From positions 33,756 through 97,755 of the forward strand of contig JAUIIO010000007.1 of NCBI GenBank assembly GCA_030431715.1: a stretch of 64,000 nucleotides of DNA. The letters run 5' to 3'. A program made the position numbers and the translations under genes. Source of the DNA: a bacterium (GTDB lineage: Bacteria; Bdellovibrionota_C; UBA2361; RFPC01). Of the stretch, positions 28,392 through 36,940 are shown one piece after another. Numbering within the stretch: position 1 is the stretch's first letter; each line of letters opens with the position of its first letter. Under the pieces are notes generated by a model. The model did no database searches. It was not told where the DNA came from and saw only the letters and a list, made by a program, of their open reading frames with translations.

Positions 28392-30183
28392 ATGGTTTAA
28401 GAAAGAAGCAGGTGCAACACTTGTTGAAGCAACACTGGTTGCTGGTTTACTCATTTCATTTGCTTTTGGAATACTCGAATTTGGAAGGTATTACTACTAT
28501 AAGGCAACTCTTCTTCGTGCGGCCAATAACGGCCTTGAGCTTTCTATACGTCACGCTGACATCCTAATCGATTCTACTGAAATTGATATGGATAAGACGA
28601 CTTCTGATAACAGTGCACCAGCCGAGCGCTTGAAGGCTGTCATTGATGAGATTGAGAGACGTGTGCTCACGCAAATAGACCTCGAAAGAGATTTGGTAGG
28701 CGCTGCGACTACAAGAGTAGCTGTGAATCAGAATATTACTACAAATTACAGCAATGCCAGTGCAACAGGAGAGCCACCGCTCTACGATCTCCCACCAAGT
28801 CGGGTACTGGTAATACGTCCTGGCGATCGTGGCAGGTATCTTGATCCGGCAACTAATACTGTCATTGAAGTGGTTCATCCTACGTATCCCGAGAGACAGA
28901 ACGGGGATGATTTTTTAAATATACTTCAAGAGCATCCTATTCTTATTGAGATCAATGCTCGTATGGCTTCTGTTATTCCACTTTTTCCTAATATTCCTAT
29001 CCGAGTTCAGGCAGTCGGTATCCCAGAAATCATTACACGTGGTATTCAAGGTGTTCCAGCGGAGCAAGAGCTTATAGATCCTTTTTGTGGAGACAACGTC
29101 TATCATAGCACTTTAGAGACTTGTGACATCGTTGATGGCGTATCTATGGGGGTAGATCCCGGTCACTTTTGTACAACGAGTTGCGAGCAGGAGCCGCTTT
29201 GTGGAAATGGTATTGTTGATGACGGAGAGGACTGTGATGGATGGCTCGTGCGAGAGGGATTGGATGATCTTGAAGAGGGCCTCAGAGAATGCGGTGGTGA
29301 TTGCAAAATTCGAGAGATTGAGCCGTGTGGTAATGGAAGGTGGGAGAAGGATGAACCGTTTTATGAAGAGTGTGATGCTTCTGCGAGTGAATCACTAACG
29401 AGAAATGTTGATGAGTACCTCTGTGTACAGTGTAAATGGTATGACATTACAGAGTGTCTATTTGGGAGTAATAGGATATCTGAGCCTTGCCTTGATCAGA
29501 ATATCCCAGCTGGATTTGAATGTATAAATTGTGTGCTCTGTGAGTGTGATAAAGATCCTGAAACAGGAGCAGAAGATTGTTCAAACTGTAAGGCTGGTAA
29601 GTGTGGTAACGGCATTAAAGAAGCGGGAGAGCAGTGTGATCGCTTTGATGGTACCAGTGACTCTTCTGAGTTCTGTAACGATTGCCGACTGGTAAAAGCA
29701 CTCTGTGGAAATAAAATTCGAGAAGAGCTTCCCGGCAGGTTCGATGGAGACCCACCATATATAGAAAAATGCGATATCGGAGCTCCAAATAATCCTGATA
29801 TTCCAGCCTCACACGTTTGCAGCGAGAATTGCACCATAGCATCCTTATGTCATAACAATAAGGTTGATAATGTAACCGCGCAATTCCCGGGCGATACAGA
29901 CTATTCTGAGGAGTGCGATGGGAATGCTGTTATTCCAGAAAAAGCTGACTTGCTTGCTCAAGACGATCACGAGTGCCGTGATTGTGCCGTACTCCCTCGT
30001 TGTGGAAATGGCCGAATTGATAAGGTGGGAAGTCATGTTGAAGAATGTGATGGATCAACGGGCGCGCCAGAAGGTGGGTACTGTGATGATGAGTGTAAGA
30101 AGAAGTGTAACATTGTTGCTGGGGTAGAAGGTACTCTTGATGATAGTGGGAGGTTTTGTGTTAGTAATGATATTGAATCTTAA
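28381..30183 (+). CDS. TadE-like pseudopilin fused to six to seven Cys-rich CGNG...CD repeats (Myxococcus-type cysteine-rich repeat / DUF4215-like)
   Basis: N-terminus EAGATLVEATLVAGLLISFAFGILEFGRYYY. From about nt 29083 there are repeats such as CGNGIVDDGEDCDG, CGNGRWEKDEPFYEECD, CGNGIKEAGEQCD and CGNGRIDKVGSHVEECDG. 11-nt overlap with the upstream gene. Confidence 0.8.
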   Translation: MVAKWFKKEAGATLVEATLVAGLLISFAFGILEFGRYYYYKATLLRAANNGLELSIRHADILIDSTEIDMDKTTSDNSAPAERLKAVIDEIERRVLTQIDLERDLVGAATTRVAVNQNITTNYSNASATGEPPLYDLPPSRVLVIRPGDRGRYLDPATNTVIEVVHPTYPERQNGDDFLNILQEHPILIEINARMASVIPLFPNIPIRVQAVGIPEIITRGIQGVPAEQELIDPFCGDNVYHSTLETCDIVDGVSMGVDPGHFCTTSCEQEPLCGNGIVDDGEDCDGWLVREGLDDLEEGLRECGGDCKIREIEPCGNGRWEKDEPFYEECDASASESLTRNVDEYLCVQCKWYDITECLFGSNRISEPCLDQNIPAGFECINCVLCECDKDPETGAEDCSNCKAGKCGNGIKEAGEQCDRFDGTSDSSEFCNDCRLVKALCGNKIREELPGRFDGDPPYIEKCDIGAPNNPDIPASHVCSENCTIASLCHNNKVDNVTAQFPGDTDYSEECDGNAVIPEKADLLAQDDHECRDCAVLPRCGNGRIDKVGSHVEECDGSTGAPEGGYCDDECKKKCNIVAGVEGTLDDSGRFCVSNDIES

Positions 30184-32338
30184 GAAAAAGTTATCACACT
30201 TTCAGTGTGAAAGAGGTATGGCCCTTGCTTTTTTTGCGGTGAGTGCTCTTGTGATCATTGGCATGGTAGGCTTAGCCATTGATACGTATTTTGCGACAAC
30301 TTCTCGTACGCAGTACCAGTCTGCCGCAGATGCTGCCGCATATGCGGCTGTTGAAGGTTTCTATGATGCTTATGACCCATCAGATGGGGACTACCAAAAT
30401 GCTATGCAAAAAGGTATCTCTATGGCTCAAACTCGGGCTCAAGCGATACTTCAGCAAAATATGATTCGTCTTGTATCGAGTAGTAATATTAAGAACGCAT
30501 CAGCTCAAAACAATGTAAGCACCTCAGGAGGAACCAATGGAAGCCTTCAACCCGGTTTCTGGGTAGCCTCTGACTCATCTACAGCGCCTTGTTCGCCAGC
30601 ACCTTGCTTTTCCCCTTTAGATCTTGCGAGTGGAGATGAAGAAGTCCCAAATGCGTTTCGAGTAAATATTAATATTAGTGAACAGTCCCCCATCAGGACG
30701 TTCTTTATGGGAATACTTGGAGTCAATAACTACCGGCTAAGCGCAAGGGCGGTTGCAACCTCAGTCCCTCGTAGAGGCGCTTTTCTTATTGATTTGTCCC
30801 CATCTATTCATGGGACAACGCATAATAGTAGTGGCAGTGGAGCAATACAACAAACGCTTTATGCATATCCATTAAAGAATACGTGCAGTGCTTCTGACCG
30901 TGGACAGCCTATAGCCAGCGTTGATGAAATTTACGATCGTTCTGGAGATTCTGCCACTGGAGTAATCATCTCAGATGCCAGTAATCCCATTAAGATCTTT
31001 GACAATCTGTATAACGATACAAGTAGCGATCCTGAACCTGGAATGGATAGGATTCCCGGAATTTCATACAAATCAGATTTTCGTAAGGTTCCAATTTCAA
31101 CTCCTGAAACTGATTTCGATGGAACCACCATCAATAAATGCTTTGCCGTCGATGTCATGCGACAACCAGAGCCTATGAGTACTGTCTTACTCGGTGTTAA
31201 CACCGCACTTAATAACTTTGCGAATCGCTCAGTAAGAGGGGATCGTATTGGAGTATATGGGTTTGATGATTATGATGAATTTCTATCGATACGTTCCACA
31301 GTAGATGATGGCGGAGTTCCAAGTCTTATTAGCCCTGATATTGGTAGTAGTAGCTTTAAAAATATTACGGATGCAACGAAATCACCATTCACGCAGGGGG
31401 CTCTCGGATCACACGTCAATACCTTCCTCTTCCCGCAGTTTTTTAGCAATCTCAGTACAGGTGAAATTTATCCCAAGCCGGTGAATACAAATCTGAAAGC
31501 TGCTCTCGTTGAAGCACGGCGTATATTGGAAGAAGAGCCGGGTATGAGCAGCAGTGACAGCTTTGTTGTTGTATTTAGTGATGGTCGTAGTAACTGTATG
31601 AATGGCAGCTGTAATGCGCCGAGTAAGCAATTTACCAAAGGCGGTATCGATGATGCTGTTAATTATGTCTTATCTGAAGACTGGGGAGACGTTAATCTGC
31701 ACTTCGTTTTGGCCGGAAAAAATAGCATGCCTCATACCATTTTACAGGGTGGGCTAGATGAAGATGGTGACGGAAAAGCCGATACCTGTCTTGATGATTT
31801 TACTTCAAGAAACATTAAGGCTGCTTATCCTGGTGACCAGTATAAAGATTTCCGTGCTCGGTACAATTTTGTAAATGGTGATGCCAATCAAATAAGTGGG
31901 TATGGGAAAGTTCCAACTCGAATACTTTATCCCAGTAAGATTTATGATGCAGCAGTCGCCACCAGTGGCTTCTGGGTTCCACTACGTCCACCGTGTGTTG
32001 AGGGGACAAACCTTCTTGAGCGCATCGACAATCCTACTCCAGGTTCATATGCGGGAGCGTTTCACCGCGCCTGTAAGCAGCTAGGAGACGGGGAGAATCT
32101 CTCATTTAACAAGCGTGGGACACTGCCATCAGCATTACAGAATATACTCTATAAGAGCGATCTTGATGCCGGAGTGAGGGTTAATAACAGTTTTCCTAAT
32201 AGCTTGATTGGTCAGCACGGCAGGCTCTACTGCGACCCATACGGAAGAGATTTGGATACTCAGGTTCAGGAATTCATTAACCAGCTCATGAGACAAAACC
32301 CAATTCGGCTGGTAGCTAGCAGTTCAGATGGGCTATAA
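30167..32338 (+). CDS. TadG-like protein with von Willebrand factor A-like domain
   Basis: ERGMALAFFAVSALVIIGMVGLAIDTYFATTSRTQYQSAADAAAYAA (TadG N-terminal type); vWA-like RGAFLIDLSPSIHG ... VVVFSDGRSN. Start ambiguous (30137 TTG, 30140 or 30167 ATG). Confidence 0.75.
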   Translation: MILNLKKKLSHFQCERGMALAFFAVSALVIIGMVGLAIDTYFATTSRTQYQSAADAAAYAAVEGFYDAYDPSDGDYQNAMQKGISMAQTRAQAILQQNMIRLVSSSNIKNASAQNNVSTSGGTNGSLQPGFWVASDSSTAPCSPAPCFSPLDLASGDEEVPNAFRVNINISEQSPIRTFFMGILGVNNYRLSARAVATSVPRRGAFLIDLSPSIHGTTHNSSGSGAIQQTLYAYPLKNTCSASDRGQPIASVDEIYDRSGDSATGVIISDASNPIKIFDNLYNDTSSDPEPGMDRIPGISYKSDFRKVPISTPETDFDGTTINKCFAVDVMRQPEPMSTVLLGVNTALNNFANRSVRGDRIGVYGFDDYDEFLSIRSTVDDGGVPSLISPDIGSSSFKNITDATKSPFTQGALGSHVNTFLFPQFFSNLSTGEIYPKPVNTNLKAALVEARRILEEEPGMSSSDSFVVVFSDGRSNCMNGSCNAPSKQFTKGGIDDAVNYVLSEDWGDVNLHFVLAGKNSMPHTILQGGLDEDGDGKADTCLDDFTSRNIKAAYPGDQYKDFRARYNFVNGDANQISGYGKVPTRILYPSKIYDAAVATSGFWVPLRPPCVEGTNLLERIDNPTPGSYAGAFHRACKQLGDGENLSFNKRGTLPSALQNILYKSDLDAGVRVNNSFPNSLIGQHGRLYCDPYGRDLDTQVQEFINQLMRQNPIRLVASSSDGL

Positions 32339-32465
32339 AATCTGTTTTATTACCGTAGCTTAGGCGGAGTATCTCATTTTTTCTGCGGTTGTAATCTATT
32401 GCTTAAGCATTGTTCCACTACTGACGACTTAACCCTTAGGGAATAAGAAGTATCGGGAGGATGTT

Positions 32466-34667
32466 GTGGATCCCACGAAGTTAGTTGTTCGTTCGCTTGT
32501 CGATCTTGGCGAGCTTGAGAATATGCCGTCTGATGAGGCAATTTACTCTCAGTCATGTGGTGCTGTTCGCACCTTAGCAGATCTTGGACTTATTGATGAA
32601 CAGAAAGCGCTTAAGGCGCTTAGTGCAAAGCTCTACGTTGACTACGTTGATCTAGACAGACTTCCAGAGGGAAAAAGGTTAGAGCCGCAGCACTTTGAAG
32701 AACTAAATCGGGAAGTTCTCGCGCGTTATAAGCTTTTTCCACTTTGGAAAGAGAAAGAGAGCTATGTTGTAGCTACTGCCAATCCGTTTGATATGGAAGG
32801 TATTAACCTTCTTGAATTTGCCTTGGGGAAAAGGGTTCAGATCGTTTTGGCAGAGGAATCAAAGATTCAAAGTAGCCTTACAGAGTATTTTCCAGATGAT
32901 ATTTCACAATTTGATATCCTTAGCGATCTTGAGAGCGAAGACTACGTTGAAATTCTGGGAAAAAATAGCGCAACAGAGTCAGATGATATTAATGCCAGTG
33001 AAATTGATGCGCCACCGATTGTAAGGCTCGCGAATAAGATTATCGCTGATGCCTATGACAAGCGAGCAAGTGATATACATATTGAGCCTGGCCAAGATAA
33101 GATTGAGATTCGCTTCCGCATCGATGGGGTAATGCATAATTTCCTCGAAATACCGAAACGACTTCAGCCATATCTCCTTTCTCGTATTAAGCTTATTGCT
33201 GGCATGGATATCGCCGAAAAGCGAAAACCTCAAGATGGCCGGCTAAGAGTGCGGGTAAATCAAGTCCCGATCGATATGCGAGCCTCAAGTGTGCCAACAG
33301 CATTTGGAGAAAAGATGGTGCTGCGGATACTTCGATCAGACGCAGCGAAGGTCACTTTTAGTGAACTCGGGGTTTCTCCTCCAATAGAGAAAAAGCTTAA
33401 TAGTGCTTTAGACAAAAGAGGAAAACTTTTTCTCGTTACTGGTCCAACCGGTTCTGGTAAGACCACGATGCTCTATACGTTCTTAAACTATCTTCGAGAT
33501 GGAAAAACAAATATCCAGACGGTAGAAGATCCAATTGAATATCGCGTGCCCGGAATTAGCCAGATTCAGGTTAATAATGCCACGGGAGTTACATTTGCCA
33601 GCGCCCTGCGTTCTGTACTGCGTCAGGATCCAGATATTATTCTAATTGGTGAAATACGGGATGAAGAGACGGCATGTATCGCTTTACAAGCTGCTCAGAC
33701 CGGACATCTAGTCATATCGACTCTCCATACAAACGACGCGCCAAGTGCTGTGACGCGGCTTATGAACCTTGGTGTGGATCCGTTTCTTCTTGGCTCGAGC
33801 TTGGAAGGGGTTCTCGCACAAAGACTCATTCGCAAAACGTGTGTTGAATGTCAGCGACCTCTGACTGACATGCAGCTTGCTAAATACGGAGCATATATAG
33901 AGCATTATTCAATTGACCCGGCAACTCTCTATGCGGGTACGGGGTGTGAGGAATGTCACTACTCTGGCTACATGGGGCGGACAGGGCTCTATAGTTACCT
34001 GCAGGTTGATGGCAGGATAGAGGAGTGCATATACCGATCTGCTCCGACCTCGGAAATTGTTCATACGGCTTTACAAAGAGATTATACCGATCTTCACTTC
34101 GCAGCAATTGAGGCGGTTAAGAGTGGCATTACCACGTTTGATGAGGTGAAGGCATATCTGGTGCTACCTGAGATTACTGAAGTTGCTCATGTGGCTTCTC
34201 AGCTAAAAGAGGTTCAGGCTGTGGAGGAGGTGCATGAGCAGGAGGAAGAGCAGGTGCAGGAGGAAGAGCAGGAGCCTGCGCGAAATGATGGTATTGAGAA
34301 AACTAAGGTTTTACTTGTTGAGGATGACGAGGATACGCGGAGTGTTCTTTCGCTTCTCTTGCAGCGAGAGATGTACGAGGTTATTGAAGCTGAGAACGGA
34401 GCAGAGGGGCTACAGAAGGTCTATGAGCATAACCCCGGAGTGGTCATCTGTGATATGATGATGCCTGTAATGGATGGTAAAGAGTTTTTAAAGAAGATGC
34501 ATTCTCGCAAAGAAACAAAAAGTATCCCTGTTGTTTTCCTTACAGCAATTGATTCGGAAGAAAATGAGCTCGAACTCCTTGAGCTTGGTGCGCAGGATTT
34601 TGTCAGCAAGACTACCTCATCGAGCATTATGTTGACTCGTATCCGTAATATTTTAGAGCGACAGTAG
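32466..34667 (+). CDS. PilB/GspE-class type II/IV secretion ATPase with C-terminal response-regulator receiver domain
   Basis: T2SSE_N-like N-domain, GPTGSGKTT, DPDIILIGEIRD, TGHLVISTLHTND, CVEC...GCEECHYSGYMGR. Then an EEEQVQEEEQE linker and REC (LLVEDDED, VICDMMMP, VVFLTA, FVSK). GTG start with a GGGAGGA SD. Confidence 0.9.
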   Translation: MDPTKLVVRSLVDLGELENMPSDEAIYSQSCGAVRTLADLGLIDEQKALKALSAKLYVDYVDLDRLPEGKRLEPQHFEELNREVLARYKLFPLWKEKESYVVATANPFDMEGINLLEFALGKRVQIVLAEESKIQSSLTEYFPDDISQFDILSDLESEDYVEILGKNSATESDDINASEIDAPPIVRLANKIIADAYDKRASDIHIEPGQDKIEIRFRIDGVMHNFLEIPKRLQPYLLSRIKLIAGMDIAEKRKPQDGRLRVRVNQVPIDMRASSVPTAFGEKMVLRILRSDAAKVTFSELGVSPPIEKKLNSALDKRGKLFLVTGPTGSGKTTMLYTFLNYLRDGKTNIQTVEDPIEYRVPGISQIQVNNATGVTFASALRSVLRQDPDIILIGEIRDEETACIALQAAQTGHLVISTLHTNDAPSAVTRLMNLGVDPFLLGSSLEGVLAQRLIRKTCVECQRPLTDMQLAKYGAYIEHYSIDPATLYAGTGCEECHYSGYMGRTGLYSYLQVDGRIEECIYRSAPTSEIVHTALQRDYTDLHFAAIEAVKSGITTFDEVKAYLVLPEITEVAHVASQLKEVQAVEEVHEQEEEQVQEEEQEPARNDGIEKTKVLLVEDDEDTRSVLSLLLQREMYEVIEAENGAEGLQKVYEHNPGVVICDMMMPVMDGKEFLKKMHSRKETKSIPVVFLTAIDSEENELELLELGAQDFVSKTTSSSIMLTRIRNILERQ

Positions 34668-34728
34668 CTTGACCACTATTATTTGGACATCGTCTTAAGA
34701 CAGAGCTATAGTCTCTGTGGAAGTGATT

Positions 34729-36600
34729 ATGTTCGATAAGAGGTCTGAAGTTCCTGTACCTGATGAAGCTGGCGATAGTCCTGTTAGAGATAGTCACGCC
34801 CTGAATATTCCTACACAACACTCCTATTTATCACCTCTTAGCTCATCACCACTTGGAAGCGTTACTCTGGCTACAGCGCTCCTGCTCTTTGGAAATGGGG
34901 ACGGTGCATCTGCGCAGAATGTTGATAGGAATATGGACAACGCTCCCGGCCCAACGCCTGAGGAGGTCTTCCTAGCTGATGTTAAGACTGTTTCAGAGTA
35001 CTTAACCGATCTCGATGCCTCACGTTACAATGTTAGGGAACACGCACAGGAAGAGCTCACATTTCACACTCCGTGGAGCACGGAGGAACTTAAAGCACTT
35101 TTACGTTCTTCCGTTAGCGATTCTCTTGAGGTGCGAGCAAGAGTGTCAGAGATCCTGACTGAGATAGAAGAAGGGGAACTTCCTAGTACCTTTATTGATT
35201 TTCTAGAGAGTCGTACAGCGAAGCCAAGAGCGAGAGAGCTGGAGCTTTCTCTGGTTGAACCAGTTGTTTCTAAGCTGGCCCTTCTTTATGGCCGGGCGAC
35301 CTTTCAAACAAGAGAAGAGAAGCTTTTTGTACATTTCGCTTCGCCGGGGAAACAGGCAGATTCTTTTTACAGAATGTATAGTGCCGGATTCTTCGAGGAT
35401 CCGAAAAAAGAGCGCTCCAGTGAAGAGCGAGCGCTCCGTGCTATGAGATCTATCTCTCAGCTCCGTAGTGATGCCGATTTCTTTTTAAAGAACCTGAGTC
35501 GTCTGGAAGAAGCCGGGATACGTATTGAGATTCATGACAATGAATTAAGAAAGCCCACCTATTATATACAGGACTTCTTAATCTTGACTGCCAGCGGCAT
35601 CGCAAATAGTCGTGATGAAGAGTATCAACAAACTTGTAATGATCTACTTCAGGTTTTATCCATTACCGCGGATCGTCTTTCGAGTAGTTCCGATACGGAG
35701 ACTGATCCTGAAGCTATCACAAAGACTGTGAACTCAAGGGCAAGGGCACTAAATGATGTCCTTGGAAAGTTTCGAGAGTGTTTCTCTGACCGCTCAGATG
35801 AAGAGGTGGTAAACTTTAAAAAAGCGTTTATTCATTTTGCAGAGCTCTGTGACCTCGATAGGGAGGAGGGCCTTCTCGCCCTGTTTTCGAAGCTCTCTGA
35901 TACGAACGAAGAATCCTTTGAGTTGGGGACTCAACGAATGTGGGTCGTGTATCACTCTGCAAATCTTACGCTCTTACCTGAAACAAGAAATGCAAAAGCG
36001 ACCAAGCCTGTACTGGAAGATCTCAAGGAGGCATTTGAGACTGGATCAGAGACCCGTGGGATAGGCTATGTTTCACTTCTGAAGAGATACGATAAGGCTG
36101 TACGCGAAGGGCTTACTCTTGATGACCCCTACACGTCAAAACTGCTAAATGCGATTCATGTCCAAACAGCCGCGGGACGTCTTCATTTTATCGATTTGAG
36201 TCGTGATGTGCTTGATGCCCTTACGGTAACAAGTGCTTTTATGGTTGAGGAAAATAGCCCGGCATTTCCTGCAGAGCTCTATGATACGTTTATTCGTCAG
36301 CTCAATTCGAGCTCGCCAGAGAATGCAAATAATACGCATACGACGATTGAACTCCATAAACGTGTTTTAACGGAGCTTTCAACTCTCCCAATCCCTTGCT
36401 CGGATCAATCCGTGCAGCATTTTGCAGCTATTGCTGCAGATGCGGCTTGTGGAAACCATGCTCAGGAGCAGTTAAACTACCTGAGGTCGCTTCTTACTGA
36501 ATGGAGTCGCGATGCGAGTGAGGAAAAAGATCTCTCTCAACTGAGAAAGCGCTTACAGGATTTTGAGCTGGTTCCTTTTAACCAGCGCTTAAAGAATTAA
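34729..36600 (+). CDS. hypothetical exported/membrane-anchored protein (about 623 aa)
   Basis: One hydrophobic segment (LGSVTLATALLLFG) near residue 50; otherwise helical and unrecognised; directly downstream of the ATPase gene. Confidence 0.6.
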   Translation: MFDKRSEVPVPDEAGDSPVRDSHALNIPTQHSYLSPLSSSPLGSVTLATALLLFGNGDGASAQNVDRNMDNAPGPTPEEVFLADVKTVSEYLTDLDASRYNVREHAQEELTFHTPWSTEELKALLRSSVSDSLEVRARVSEILTEIEEGELPSTFIDFLESRTAKPRARELELSLVEPVVSKLALLYGRATFQTREEKLFVHFASPGKQADSFYRMYSAGFFEDPKKERSSEERALRAMRSISQLRSDADFFLKNLSRLEEAGIRIEIHDNELRKPTYYIQDFLILTASGIANSRDEEYQQTCNDLLQVLSITADRLSSSSDTETDPEAITKTVNSRARALNDVLGKFRECFSDRSDEEVVNFKKAFIHFAELCDLDREEGLLALFSKLSDTNEESFELGTQRMWVVYHSANLTLLPETRNAKATKPVLEDLKEAFETGSETRGIGYVSLLKRYDKAVREGLTLDDPYTSKLLNAIHVQTAAGRLHFIDLSRDVLDALTVTSAFMVEENSPAFPAELYDTFIRQLNSSSPENANNTHTTIELHKRVLTELSTLPIPCSDQSVQHFAAIAADAACGNHAQEQLNYLRSLLTEWSRDASEEKDLSQLRKRLQDFELVPFNQRLKN

Positions 36601-36657
36601 AATCATGGCCTACAATCTGCTAGTCTGATCGGCAGAAATGCAAGAATGACAGATTTG

Positions 36658-36698
36658 GCCAAGCTTGCCTTTGTCCGTGCAATTGCTTGGCTTTATTC
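36658..36698 (+). terminator. candidate terminator hairpin
   Basis: GCCAAGCTTGC ... GCAATTGCTTGGC imperfect stem followed by TTTATTC, 58 nt after the stop at 36600. Confidence 0.35.
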
Positions 36699-36940
36699 AA
36701 GAAAGTCTGCTTCCCTTGCTCATTTTCCTAGAGAGGGCCAGCAAGGATTCGGATCGTTCACCAAATATACTTAACTTTTTTGGAAACTAAATCACGGATA
36801 TAACGATAAGTTTCATAAGTATTTAAGTATAAAGGGCTGATTCTGAGCTTCTCGGAGAACCTGTTGGTACTGCTTACAAAGTGGACAAGGATTGTGAGAT
36901 GCTTATAAGATAGAGGCTTCCTTGTTTGGGAGAACTTTTA

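Noticed and set aside
34215-34262. Tandem DNA repeat CAGGAGGAAGAGCAGG x2
   Set aside because: It lies in frame inside the ATPase-REC gene and simply encodes the acidic EEEQVQEEEQE inter-domain linker. It is not an independent repeat element.
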